Below are positions 1 through 14,790 of a stretch of DNA of 64,000 nt, piece by piece (position 1 is the stretch's first letter; each line of letters begins with the position of its first letter). The notes under the pieces are model-generated. The model saw nothing but the letters and a program-made list of their open reading frames with translations, had not been told where the DNA came from and did not search any database. The stretch comes from Eledone cirrhosa. Its lineage: Eukaryota. Location: NCBI GenBank assembly GCA_964016885.1, contig OZ024757.1, positions 5,394,001 to 5,458,000 on the forward strand. Reading direction: 5' to 3'. The translations under genes were made by a program, and so were the position numbers.

Positions 1-959
1 CCTACATCTGATTCCTCTTATACCTAGTTTCTCTCCCAGTTCATCCATACACATCACATGTCTATACCAACACAGTCTCCTCTCCTACATCTGATTCCTC
101 TTATACCTAGTTTCTCTCCCAGTTCATCCATACACATCGCATGTCTATACCAACACAGTCTCCTCTCCTACATCTGATTCCTCTTATACCTAGTTTCTCT
201 CCCAGTTCATCCATACACATCACATGTCTATACCAACACAGTCTCCTCTCCTACATCTGATTCCTCTTATACCTAGTTTCTCTCCCAGTTCATCCATACA
301 CATCACATGTCTATACCAACACAGTCTCCTCTCCTACACCTGATTCCTCTTATACCTAGTTTCTCTCCCAGTTCATCCATACACATCACATGTCTATACC
401 AACACAGTCTCCTCTCCTACACACTACATGTGATTCCTCTTATAACTAGTTTCTCTCCCAGTTCATCCATACACATCCCATGTCTATACCAACACAGTCT
501 CCTCTCCTACATCTGATTCCTCTTATACCTAGTTTCTCTCTCAGTTCATCCATACACATCACATGTCTATACCAACACAGTCTCCTCTCCTACATCCGAT
601 TCCTCTTATACCTAGTTTCTCTCCCAGTTCATCCATACACATCACATGTCTATACCAACACAGTCTCCTCTCCTACACACTACATGTGATTCCTCTTATA
701 ACTAGTTTCTCTCCCAGTTCATCCATACACATCCCATGTCTATACCAACACAGTCTCCTCTCCTACATCTGATTCCTCTTATACCTAGTTTCTCTCCCAG
801 TTCATCCATACACATCACATGTCTATACCAACACAGTCTCCTCTCCTACACACTACATCTGATTCCTCTTATACCTAGTTTCTCTCTCAGTTCATCCATA
901 CACATCACATGTCTATACCAACACAGTCTCCTCTCCTAGATCTGATTCCTCTTTTACCT

Positions 960-3900
960 AGTTTCTCTCTACATCCATACACATCACATGTCTATACGAA
1001 CACAGTCTCCTCTCCTACATCTGATTCCTCTTATACCTAGTTTCTCTCTCAGTTCATCCATACACATCACATGTCTATACCAACACAGTCTCCTCCCCTA
1101 CATCTGATTCCTCTTATCCCTAGTTTCTCTCTCCATCCATACACATCACATGTCTATACCAACACAGTCTCCTCTCCTACACACTACATCTGATTCCTCT
1201 TATACCTAGTTTCTCTCCCAGTTCATCCATACACATCACATGTCTATACCAACACAGTTTCCTCTCCTACACACTACATCTGATTCCTCTTATACCTAGT
1301 TTCTCTCTTAGTTCATCCATACACATCACATGTCTATACCAACACAGTCTCCTCTCCTACACACTACATCTGATTCCTCTTAAACCTAGTTTCTCTCTCA
1401 GTTCATCCATACACATCACATGTCTATACCAACACAGTCTCCTCTCCTACATCTGATTCCTCTTATACCTAGTTTCTCTCCCAGTTCAACCATACACATC
1501 ACATGTCTATACCAACACAGTCTCCTCTCCTACATCTGATTCCTCTTATACCTAGTTTCTCTCCCAGTTCATCCATACACATCACATGTCTATACCAACA
1601 CAGTCTCCTCTCCTACATCTGATTCCTCTTATACCTAGTTTCTCTCCCAGTTCATCCATACACATCACATGTCTATACCAACACAGTCTCCTCTCCTACA
1701 CACTACATGTGATTCCTCTTATAACTAGTTTCTCTCCCAGTTCATCCATACACATCCCATGTCTATACCAACACAGTCTCCTCTCCTACATCTGATTCCT
1801 CTTATACCTAGTTTCTCTCTCAGTTCATCCATACACATCACATGTCTATACCAACACAGTCTCCTCTCCTACATCTGATTCCTCTTATACCTAGTTTCTC
1901 TCCCAGTTCATCCATACACATCACATGTCTATACCAACACAGTCTCCTCTCCTACACACTACATGTGATTCCTCTTATAACTAGTTTCTCTCCCAGTTCA
2001 TCCATACACATCACATGTCTATACCAACACAGTCTCCTCTCCTACATCTGATTCCTCTTATACCTAGTTTCTCTCTCCATCCATACACATCACACGTCTA
2101 TACCAACACAGTCTCCTCTCCTACATCTGATTCCTCTTATACCTAGTTTCTCTCTCAGTTCATCCATACACATCACATTTCTATACCAACACAGTCTCCT
2201 CTCCTACATCTGATTCCTCTTATACCTAGTTTCTCTCTCAGTTCATCCATACACATCCCATGTCTATACCAACACAGTCTTCTCTCCTACACACTACATC
2301 TGATTCCTCTTATACCTAGTTTCTCTCTCAGTTCATCCATACACATCACATGTCTATACCAACACAGTCTCCTCTCCTACATCTGATTCCTCTTATACCT
2401 AGTTTCTCTCTCAGTTCATCCATACACATCACATGTCTATACCAACACAGTCTCCTCTCCTACATCTGATTCCTCTTATACCTAGTTTCTCTCCCAGTTC
2501 ATCCATACACATCACATGTCTATACCAACACAGTCTCCTCTCCTACATCTGATTCCTCTTATACCTAGTTTCTCTCCATCCATACACATCACATGTCTAT
2601 ACCAACACAGTCTCCTCTCCTACATCTGATTCCTCTTATACCTAGTTTCTCTCTCCATCCATACACATCACATGTCTATACCAACACAGTCTCCTCTCCT
2701 ACAGCTGATTCCTCTTATACCTAGTTTCTCTCCCAGTTCATCCATACACATCACATGTCTTTACCAACACAGTCTCCTCTCCTACATCTGATTCCTCTTA
2801 TACCTAGTTTCTCTCTCAGTTCATCCATACACATCACATGTCTATACCAACACAGTCTCCTCTCCTACATCTGATTCCTCTTATACCTAGTTTCTCTCCC
2901 AGTTCATCCATACACATCACATGTCTATACCAACACAGTCTCCTCTCCTACATCTGATTCCTCTTATACCTAGTTTCTCTCCCAGTTCATCCATACACAT
3001 CGCATGTCTATACCAACACAGTCTCCTCTCCTACATCTGATTCCTCTTATACCTAGTTTCTCTCCCAGTTCATCCATACACATCACATGTCTATACCAAC
3101 ACAGTCTCCTCTCCTACATCTGATTCCTCTTATACCTAGTTTCTCTCCCAGTTCATCCATACACATCACATGTCTATACCAACACAGTCTCCTCTCCTAC
3201 ACCTGATTCCTCTTATACCTAGTTTCTCTCCCAGTTCATCCATACACATCACATGTCTATACCAACACAGTCTCCTCTCCTACACACTACATGTGATTCC
3301 TCTTATAACTAGTTTCTCTTCCAGTTCATCCATACACATCCCATGTCTATACCAACACAGTCTCCTCTCCTACATCTGATTCCTCTTATACCTAGTTTCT
3401 CTCTCAGTTCATCCATACACATCACATGTCTATACCAACACAGTCTCCTCTCCTACATCCGATTCCTCTTATACCTAGTTTCTCTCCCAGTTCATCCATA
3501 CACATCACATGTCTATACCAACACAGTCTCCTCTCCTACATCTGATTCCTCTTATACCTAGTTTCTCTCTCCATCCATACACATCACACGTCTATACCAA
3601 CACAGTCTCCTCTCCTACATCTGATTCCTCTTATACCTAGTTTCTCTCTCAGTTCATCCATACACATCACATTTCTATACCAACACAGTCTCCTCTCCTA
3701 CATCTGATTCCTCTTATACCTAGTTTCTCTCTCAGTTCATCCATACACATCCCATGTCTATACCAACACAGTCTTCTCTCCTACACACTACATCTGATTC
3801 CTCTTATACCTAGTTTCTCTCTCAGTTCATCCATACACATCACATGTCTATACCAACACAGTCTCTTCTCCTATACACTACATCTGATTCCTCTTATACC

Positions 3901-6900
3901 TAGTTTCTCTCTCAGTTCATCCATACACATCCCATGTCCATACCAACACAGTCTTCTCTCCTACACACTACATCTGATTCCTCATATACCTATTTTCTCT
4001 CCCAGTTCATCCATACACATCACATGTCTATACCAACACAGTCTCCTCTCCTACATCTGATTCCTCTTATACCTAGTTTCTCTCTCAGTTCATCCATACA
4101 CATCACATGTCTATACCAACACAGTCTCCTCTCCTACATCTGATTCCTCTTATACCTAGTTTCTCTCTCAGTTCATCCATACACATCACATGTCTATACC
4201 AACACAGTCTCCTCTCCTACATCTGATTCCTCTTATACCTAGTTTCTCTCCATCCATACACATCACATGTCTATACCAACACAGTCTCCTCTCCTACATC
4301 TGATTCCTCTTATACCTAGTTTCTCTCCCAGTTCATCCATACACATCACATGTCTATACCAACACAGTCTCCTCTCCTACATCTGATTCCTCTTATACCT
4401 AGTTTCTCTCTCCATCCATACACATCACATGTCTATACCAACACAGTCTCCTCTCCTACAGCTGATTCCTCTTATACCTAGTTTCTCTCCCAGTTCATCC
4501 ATACACATCACATGTCTTTACCAACACAGTCTCCTCTCCTACACCTGATTCCTCTTATACCTAGTTTCTCTCTCAGTTCATCCATACACATCACATGTCT
4601 ATACCAACACAGTCTCCTCTCCTACATCTGATTCCTCTTATACCTAGTTTCTCTCCCAGTTCATCCATACACATCACATGTCTATACCAACACAGTCTCC
4701 TCTCCTACATCTGATTCCTCTTATACCTAGTTTCTCTCTCCATCCATACACATCACATGTCTATACGAACACAGTCTCCTCTCCTACATCTGATTCCTCT
4801 TATACCTAGTTTCTCTCTCAGTTCATCCATACACATCACATGTCTATACCAACACAGTCTCCTCTCCTACATCTGATTCCTCTTATCCCTAGTTTCTCTC
4901 TCCATCCATACACATCACATGTCTATACCAACACAGTCTCCTCTCCTACACACTACATCTGATTCCTCTTAAACCTAGTTTCTCTCTCAGTTCATCCATA
5001 CACATCACATGTCTATACCAACACAGTCTCCTCTCCTACATCTGATTCCTCTTATACCTAGTTTCTCTCCCAGTTCAACCATACACATCACATGTCTATA
5101 CCAACACAGTCTCCTCTCCTACATCTGATTCCTCTTATACCTAGTTTCTCTCCCAGTTCATCCATACACATCACATGTCTATACCAACACAGTCTCCTCT
5201 CCTACATCTGATTCCTCTTATACCTAGTTTCTCTCCCAGTTCATCCATACACATCACATGTCTATACCAACACAGTCTCCTCTCCTACACACTACATGTG
5301 ATTCCTCTTATAACTAGTTTCTCTCCCAGTTCATCCATACACATCCCATGTCTATACCAACACAGTCTCCTCTCCTACATCTGATTCCTCTTATACCTAG
5401 TTTCTCTCTCAGTTCATCCATACACATCACATGTCTATACCAACACAGTCTCCTCTCCTACATCTGATTCCTCTTATACCTAGTTTCTCTCCCAGTTCAT
5501 CCATACACATCACATGTCTATACCAACACAGTCTCCTCTCCTACACACTACATGTGATTCCTCTTATAACTAGTTTCTCTCCCAGTTCATCCATACACAT
5601 CACATGTCTATACCAACACAGTCTCCTCTCCTACATCTGATTCCTCTTATACCTAGTTTCTCTCTCCATCCATACACATCACACGTCTATACCAACACAG
5701 TCTCCTCTCCTACATCTGATTCCTCTTATACCTAGTTTCTCTCTCAGTTCATCCATACACATCACATTTCTATACCAACACAGTCTCCTCTCCTACATCT
5801 GATTCCTCTTATACCTAGTTTCTCTCTCAGTTCATCCATACACATCCCATGTCTATACCAACACAGTCTTCTCTCCTACACACTACATCTGATTCCTCTT
5901 ATACCTAGTTTCTCTCTCAGTTCATCCATACACATCACATGTCTATACCAACACAGTCTCCTCTCCTACATCTGATTCCTCTTATACCTAGTTTCTCTCT
6001 CAGTTCATCCATACACATCACATGTCTATACCAACACAGTCTCCTCTCCTACATCTGATTCCTCTTATACCTAGTTTCTCTCCCAGTTCATCCATACACA
6101 TCACATGTCTATACCAACACAGTCTCCTCTCCTACATCTGATTCCTCTTATACCTAGTTTCTCTCCATCCATACACATCACATGTCTATACCAACACAGT
6201 CTCCTCTCCTACATCTGATTCCTCTTATACCTAGTTTCTCTCTCCATCCATACACATCACATGTCTATACCAACACAGTCTCCTCTCCTACAGCTGATTC
6301 CTCTTATACCTAGTTTCTCTCCCAGTTCATCCATACACATCACATGTCTTTACCAACACAGTCTCCTCTCCTACATCTGATTCCTCTTATACCTAGTTTC
6401 TCTCTCAGTTCATCCATACACATCACATGTCTATACCAACACAGTCTCCTCTCCTACATCTGATTCCTCTTATACCTAGTTTCTCTCCCAGTTCATCCAT
6501 ACACATCACATGTCTATACCAACACAGTCTCCTCTCCTACATCTGATTCCTCTTATACCTAGTTTCTCTCCCAGTTCATCCATACACATCGCATGTCTAT
6601 ACCAACACAGTCTCCTCTCCTACATCTGATTCCTCTTATACCTAGTTTCTCTCCCAGTTCATCCATACACATCACATGTCTATACCAACACAGTCTCCTC
6701 TCCTACATCTGATTCCTCTTATACCTAGTTTCTCTCCCAGTTCATCCATACACATCACATGTCTATACCAACACAGTCTCCTCTCCTACACCTGATTCCT
6801 CTTATACCTAGTTTCTCTCCCAGTTCATCCATACACATCACATGTCTATACCAACACAGTCTCCTCTCCTACACACTACATGTGATTCCTCTTATAACTA

Positions 6901-8320
6901 GTTTCTCTCCCAGTTCATCCATACACATCCCATGTCTATACCAACACAGTCTCCTCTCCTACATCTGATTCCTCTTATACCTAGTTTCTCTCTCAGTTCA
7001 TCCATACACATCACATGTCTATACCAACACAGTCTCCTCTCCTACATCCGATTCCTCTTATACCTAGTTTCTCTCCCAGTTCATCCATACACATCACATG
7101 TCTATACCAACACAGTCTCCTCTCCTACATCTGATTCCTCTTATACCTAGTTTCTCTCTCCATCCATACACATCACACGTCTATACCAACACAGTCTCCT
7201 CTCCTACATCTGATTCCTCTTATACCTAGTTTCTCTCTCAGTTCATCCATACACATCACATTTCTATACCAACACAGTCTCCTCTCCTACATCTGATTCC
7301 TCTTATACCTAGTTTCTCTCTCAGTTCATCCATACACATCCCATGTCTATACCAACACAGTCTTCTCTCCTACACACTACATCTGATTCCTCTTATACCT
7401 AGTTTCTCTCTCAGTTCATCCATACACATCACATGTCTATACCAACACAGTCTCTTCTCCTATACACTACATCTGATTCCTCTTATACCTAGTTTCTCTC
7501 TCAGTTCATCCATACACATCCCATGTCCATACCAACACAGTCTTCTCTCCTACACACTACATCTGATTCCTCATATACCTATTTTCTCTCCCAGTTCATC
7601 CATACACATCACATGTCTATACCAACACAGTCTCCTCTCCTACATCTGATTCCTCTTATACCTAGTTTCTCTCTCAGTTCATCCATACACATCACATGTC
7701 TATACCAACACAGTCTCCTCTCCTACATCTGATTCCTCTTATACCTAGTTTCTCTCTCAGTTCATCCATACACATCACATGTCTATACCAACACAGTCTC
7801 CTCTCCTACATCTGATTCCTCTTATACCTAGTTTCTCTCCATCCATACACATCACATGTCTATACCAACACAGTCTCCTCTCCTACATCTGATTCCTCTT
7901 ATACCTAGTTTCTCTCCCAGTTCATCCATACACATCACATGTCTATACCAACACAGTCTCCTCTCCTACATCTGATTCCTCTTATACCTAGTTTCTCTCT
8001 CCATCCATACACATCACATGTCTATACCAACACAGTCTCCTCTCCTACAGCTGATTCCTCTTATACCTAGTTTCTCTCCCAGTTCATCCATACACATCAC
8101 ATGTCTTTACCAACACAGTCTCCTCTCCTACATCTGATTCCTCTTATACCTAGTTTCTCTCTCAGTTCATCCATACACATCACATGTCTATACCAACACA
8201 GTCTCCTCTCCTACATCTGATTCCTCTTATACCTAGTTTCTCTCCCAGTTCATCCATACACATCACATGTCTATACCAACACAGTCTCCTCTCCTACATC
8301 TGATTCCTCTTATACCTAGT
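960..8320 (+). repeat. Tandem duplication with 3,589-bp offset (3,769 bp at its left edge)
   Basis: TAAACC marker (AAA at 1382/4971) and ORF starts 1586/5175, 1842/5431, 3170/6759, 3343/6932 and 3934/7523 all differ by 3,589. The TACGAAC marker (CG at 997/4766) differs by 3,769, which is 3,589 + 2x90. Confidence 0.88.
2702..4458 (+). repeat. Representative copy of a 1,757-bp, 21-monomer higher-order repeat module
   Basis: The CAGCTG marker recurs exactly 1,757 bp apart at 2702/4459, 6291/8048, 15385/17142, 19324/21081, 25182/26939 and 40897/42654. Length check: 21x83 + 4x7 - 2x4 - 6 = 1,757. ORF-track starts 6759/8516, 15853/17610, 29443/31200 and 35680/37437 give the same offset. Confidence 0.9.
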
Positions 8321-11300
8321 TTCTCTCCCAGTTCATCCATACACATCGCATGTCTATACCAACACAGTCTCCTCTCCTACATCTGATTCCTCTTATACCT
8401 AGTTTCTCTCCCAGTTCATCCATACACATCACATGTCTATACCAACACAGTCTCCTCTCCTACATCTGATTCCTCTTATACCTAGTTTCTCTCCCAGTTC
8501 ATCCATACACATCACATGTCTATACCAACACAGTCTCCTCTCCTACACCTGATTCCTCTTATACCTAGTTTCTCTCCCAGTTCATCCATACACATCACAT
8601 GTCTATACCAACACAGTCTCCTCTCCTACACACTACATGTGATTCCTCTTATAACTAGTTTCTCTCCCAGTTCATCCATACACATCCCATGTCTATACCA
8701 ACACAGTCTCCTCTCCTACATCTGATTCCTCTTATACCTAGTTTCTCTCTCAGTTCATCCATACACATCACATGTCTATACCAACACAGTCTCCTCTCCT
8801 ACATCTGATTCCTCTTATACCTAGTTTCTCTCCCAGTTCATCCATACACATCACATGTCTATACCAACACAGTCTCCTCTCCTACATCTGATTCCTCTTA
8901 TACCTAGTTTCTCCCTCCATCCATACACATCACACATCTATACCAACACAGTCTCCTCTCCTACATCTGATTCCTCTTATACCTAGTTTCTCTCTCAGTT
9001 CATCCATACACATCACATTTCTATACCAACATAGTCTCCTCTCCTACATCTGATTCCTCTTATACCTAGTTTCTCTCTCAGTTCATCCATACACATCACA
9101 TGTCTATACCAACACAGTCTCCTCTCCTACATCTGATTCCTCTTATACCTAGTTTCTCTCCCAGTTCATCCATACACATCGCATGTCTATACCAACACAG
9201 TCTCCTCTCCTACATCTGATTCCTCTTATACCTAGTTTCTCTCCCAGTTCATCCATACACATCACATGTCTATACCAACACAGTCTCCTCTCCTACATCT
9301 GATTCCTCTTATACCTAGTTTCTCTCCCAGTTCATCCATACACATCACATGTCTATACCAACACAGTCTCCTCTCCTACACCTGATTCCTCTTATACCTA
9401 GTTTCTCTCCCAGTTCATCCATACACACACATGTCTATACCAACACAGTCTCCTCTCCTACACACTACATGTGATTCCTCTTATAACTAGTTTCTCTCCC
9501 AGTTCATCCATACACATCCCATGTCTATACCAACACAGTCTCCTCTCCTACATCTGATTCCTCTTATACCTAGTTTCTCTCCCAGTTCATCCATACACAT
9601 CCCATGTCTATACCAACACAGTCTCCTCTCCTACACACTATATCTGATTCCTCTTATACCTAGTTTCTCTCCCAGTTCATCCATACATATCACATGTCTA
9701 TACCAACACAGTCTCCTCTCCTACACACTACATCTGATTCCTGTCATACCTAGTTTCTCTCCCAGTTCATCCATACACATCACATGTCTATACCAACACA
9801 GTCTCCTCTCCTACACACTACATGTGATTCCTCTTATAACTAGTTTCTCTCCCAGTTCATCCATACACATCACATGTCTATACCAACACAGTCTCCTCTC
9901 CTACATCTGATTCCTCTTATACCTAGTTTCTCTCTCCATCCATACACATCACACGTCTATACCAACACAGTCTCCTCTCCTACATCAGATTCCTCTTATA
10001 CCTAGTTTCTCTCTCAGTTCATCCATACACATCACATTTCTATACCAACACAGTCTCCTCTCCTACATCTGATTCCACTTATACCTAGTTTCTCTCTCAG
10101 TTCATCCATACACATCCCATGTCTATACCAACACAGTCTTCTCTCCTACACACTACATCTGATTCCTCTTATACCTAGTTTCTCTCTCAGTTCATCCATA
10201 CACATCACATGTCTATACCAACACAGTCTCCTCTCCTACATCTGATTCCTCTTATACCTAGTTTCTCTCTCAGTTCATCCATACACATCACATGTCTATA
10301 CCAACACAGTCTCTTCTCCTATACACTACATCTGATTCCTCTTATACCTAGTTTCTCTCTCAGTTCATCCATACACATCCCATGTCTATACCAACACAGT
10401 CTTCTCTCCTACACACTACATCTGATTCCTCATATACCTAGTTTCTCTCTCAGTTCATCCATACACATCACATGTCTATACCAACACAGTCTCCTCTCCT
10501 ACATCTGATTCCTCTTATACCTAGTTTCTCTCCCAGTTCAACCATACACATCACATGTCTATACCAACACAGTCTCCTCTCCTACATCTGATTCCTCTTA
10601 TACCTAGTTTCTCTCCCAGTTCATCCATACACATCACATGTCTATACCAACACAGTCTCCTCTCCTACATCTGATTCCTCTTATACCTAGTTTCTCTCCC
10701 AGTTCATCCATACACATCACATGTCTATACCAACACAGTCTCCTCTCCTACACACTACATGTGATTCCTCTTATAACTAGTTTCTCTCCCAGTTCATCCA
10801 TACACATCCCATGTCTATACCAACACAGTCTCCTCTCCTACATCTGATTCCTCTTATACCTAGTTTCTCTCTCAGTTCATCCATACACATCACATGTCTA
10901 TACCAACACAGTCTCCTCTCCTACATCTGATTCCTCTTATACCTAGTTTCTCTCCCAGTTCATCCACACACATCACATGTCTATACCAACACAGTCTCCT
11001 CTCCTACATCTGATTCCTCTTATACCTAGTTTCTCTCTCAGTTCATCCATACACATCCCATGTCTATACCAACACAGTCTCCTCTCCTACACACTACATG
11101 TGATTCCTCTTATAACTAGTTTCTCTCCCAGTTCATCCATACACATCACATGTCTATACCAACACAGTCTCCTCTCCTACATCTGATTCCTCTTATACCT
11201 AGTTTCTCTCTCCATCCATACACATCACACGTCTATACCAACACAGTCTCCTCTCCTACATCTGATTCCTCTTATACCTAGTTTCTCTCTCAGTTCATCC

Positions 11301-13749
11301 ATACACATCACATTTCTATACCAACACAGTCTCCTCTCCTACATCTGATTCCTCTTATACCTAGTTTCTCTCTCAGTTCATCCATACACATCCCATGTCT
11401 ATACCAACACAGTCTTCTCTCCTACACACTACATCTGATTCCTCTTATACCTAGTTTCTCTCTCAGTTCATCCATACACATCACATGTCTATACCAACAC
11501 AGTCTCCTCTCCTACATCTGATTCCTCTTATACCTAGTTTCTCTCTCAGTTCATCCATACACATCACATGTCTATACCAACACAGTCTCCTCTCCTACAT
11601 CTGATTCCTCTTATACCTAGTTTCTCTCCCAGTTCATCCATACACATCACATGTCTATACCAACACAGTCTCCTCTCCTACATCTGATTCCTCTTATACC
11701 TAGTTTCTCTCCATCCATACACATCACATGTCTATACCAACACAGTCTCCTCTCCTACATCTGATTCCTCTTATACCTAGTTTCTCTCTCCATCCATACA
11801 CATCACATGTCTATACCAACACAGTCTCCTCTCCTACAGCTGATTCCTCTTATACCTAGTTTCTCTCCCAGTTCATCCATACACATCACATGTCTTTACC
11901 AACACAGTCTCCTCTCCTACATCTGATTCCTCTTATACCTAGTTTCTCTCTCAGTTCATCCATACACATCACATGTCTATACCAACACAGTCTCCTCTCC
12001 TACATCTGATTCCTCTTATACCTAGTTTCTCTCCCAGTTCATCCATACACATCACATGTCTATACCAACACAGTCTCCTCTCCTACATCTGATTCCTCTT
12101 ATACCTAGTTTCTCTCCCAGTTCATCCATACACATCGCATGTCTATACCAACACAGTCTCCTCTCCTACATCTGATTCCTCTTATACCTAGTTTCTCTCC
12201 CAGTTCATCCATACACATCACATGTCTATACCAACACAGTCTCCTCTCCTACATCTGATTCCTCTTATACCTAGTTTCTCTCCCAGTTCATCCATACACA
12301 TCACATGTCTATACCAACACAGTCTCCTCTCCTACACCTGATTCCTCTTATACCTAGTTTCTCTCCCAGTTCATCCATACACATCACATGTCTATACCAA
12401 CACAGTCTCCTCTCCTACACACTACATGTGATTCCTCTTATAACTAGTTTCTCTCCCAGTTCATCCATACACATCCCATGTCTATACCAACACAGTCTCC
12501 TCTCCTACATCTGATTCCTCTTATACCTAGTTTCTCTCTCAGTTCATCCATACACATCACATGTCTATACCAACACAGTCTCCTCTCCTACATCCGATTC
12601 CTCTTATACCTAGTTTCTCTCCCAGTTCATCCATACACATCACATGTCTATACCAACACAGTCTCCTCTCCTACACACTACATGTGATTCCTCTTATAAC
12701 TAGTTTCTCTCCCAGTTCATCCATACACATCCCATGTCTATACCAACACAGTCTCCTCTCCTACATCTGATTCCTCTTATACCTAGTTTCTCTCCCAGTT
12801 CATCCATACACATCACATGTCTATACCAACACAGTCTCCTCTCCTACATCTGATTCCTCTTATACCTAGTTTCTCTCCCAGTTCATCCATACACATCGCA
12901 TGTCTATACCAACACAGTCTCCTCTCCTACATCTGATTCCTCTTATACCTAGTTTCTCTCCCAGTTCATCCATACACATCACATGTCTATACCAACACAG
13001 TCTCCTCTCCTACACACTACATCTGATTCCTCTTATACCTAGTTTCTCTCTCAGTTCATCCATACACATCACATGTCTATACCAACACAGTCTCCTCTCC
13101 TAGATCTGATTCCTCTTTTACCTAGTTTCTCTCTACATCCATACACATCACATGTCTATACGAACACAGTCTCCTCTCCTACATCTGATTCCTCTTATAC
13201 CTAGTTTCTCTCTCAGTTCATCCATACACATCACATGTCTATACCAACACAGTCTCCTCTCCTACATCTGATTCCTCTTATCCCTAGTTTCTCTCTCCAT
13301 CCATACACATCACATGTCTATACCAACACAGTCTCCTCTCCTACACACTACATCTGATTCCTCTTATACCTAGTTTCTCTCCCAGTTCATCCATACACAT
13401 CACATGTCTATACCAACACAGTTTCCTCTCCTACACACTACATCTGATTCCTCTTATACCTAGTTTCTCTCTTAGTTCATCCATACACATCACATGTCTA
13501 TACCAACACAGTCTCCTCTCCTACACACTACATCTGATTCCTCTTAAACCTAGTTTCTCTCTCAGTTCATCCATACACATCACATGTCTATACCAACACA
13601 GTCTCCTCTCCTACATCTGATTCCTCTTATACCTAGTTTCTCTCCCAGTTCAACCATACACATCACATGTCTATACCAACACAGTCTCCTCTCCTACATC
13701 TGATTCCTCTTATACCTAGTTTCTCTCCCAGTTCATCCATACACATCAC

Positions 13750-14790
13750 ATGTCTATACCAACACAGTCTCCTCTCCTACATCTGATTCCTCTTATACCT
13801 AGTTTCTCTCCCAGTTCATCCATACACATCACATGTCTATACCAACACAGTCTCCTCTCCTACACACTACATGTGATTCCTCTTATAACTAGTTTCTCTC
13901 CCAGTTCATCCATACACATCCCATGTCTATACCAACACAGTCTCCTCTCCTACATCTGATTCCTCTTATACCTAGTTTCTCTCTCAGTTCATCCATACAC
14001 ATCACATGTCTATACCAACACAGTCTCCTCTCCTACATCTGATTCCTCTTATACCTAGTTTCTCTCCCAGTTCATCCATACACATCACATGTCTATACCA
14101 ACACAGTCTCCTCTCCTACACACTACATGTGATTCCTCTTATAACTAGTTTCTCTCCCAGTTCATCCATACACATCACATGTCTATACCAACACAGTCTC
14201 CTCTCCTACACACTACATCTGATTCCTCTTATACCTAGTTTCTCTCCCAGTTCATCCATACACATCACATGTCTATACCAACACAGTCTCCTCTCCTACA
14301 TCTGATTCCTCTTATACCTAGTTTCTCTCCCAGTTCATCCATACACATCACATGTCTATACCAACACAGTCTCCTCTCCTACACACTACATGTGATTCCT
14401 CTTATAACTAGTTTCTCTCCCAGTTCATCCATACACATCCCATGTCTATACCAACACAGTCTCCTCTCCTACATCTGATTCCTCTTATACCTAGTTTCTC
14501 TCTCAGTTCATCCATACACATCACATGTCTATACCAACACAGTCTCCTCTCCTACATCTGATTCCTCTTATACCTAGTTTCTCTCCCAGTTCATCCATAC
14601 ACATCACATGTCTATACCAACACAGTCTCCTCTCCTACACACTACATGTGATTCCTCTTATAACTAGTTTCTCTCCCAGTTCATCCATACACATCACATG
14701 TCTATACCAACACAGTCTCCTCTCCTACATCTGATTCCTCTTATACCTAGTTTCTCTCTCCATCCATACACATCACACGTCTATACCAAC
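13750..14790 (+). repeat. Local 519-bp (6-monomer) tandem duplication
   Basis: ORF starts 13750/14269 and 14006/14525 differ by 519 (3x83 + 3x90). This explains the step from the 12,164 to the 12,683 offset. Confidence 0.75.

Noticed and set aside
76-86. Shine-Dalgarno-like GGAGAGGAG on the minus strand of each monomer
   Set aside because: A by-product of the CT-rich tract. The track lists no minus-strand ORF.
1-90. Tandem tRNA, 5S rRNA or pre-miRNA array, suggested by the 77-90 nt unit size
   Set aside because: With 5 G against 30 C the unit cannot form a cloverleaf or long hairpin, and there is no recognisable T-loop GTTCRA or A/B box.
9420-9435. One-base deletion (ATACACACACATG) and scattered singleton SNVs (e.g. 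~1097, 3320, 9032, 33755, 52432, 61983)
   Set aside because: Single occurrences that cannot be told apart from sequencing or consensus errors without reads.
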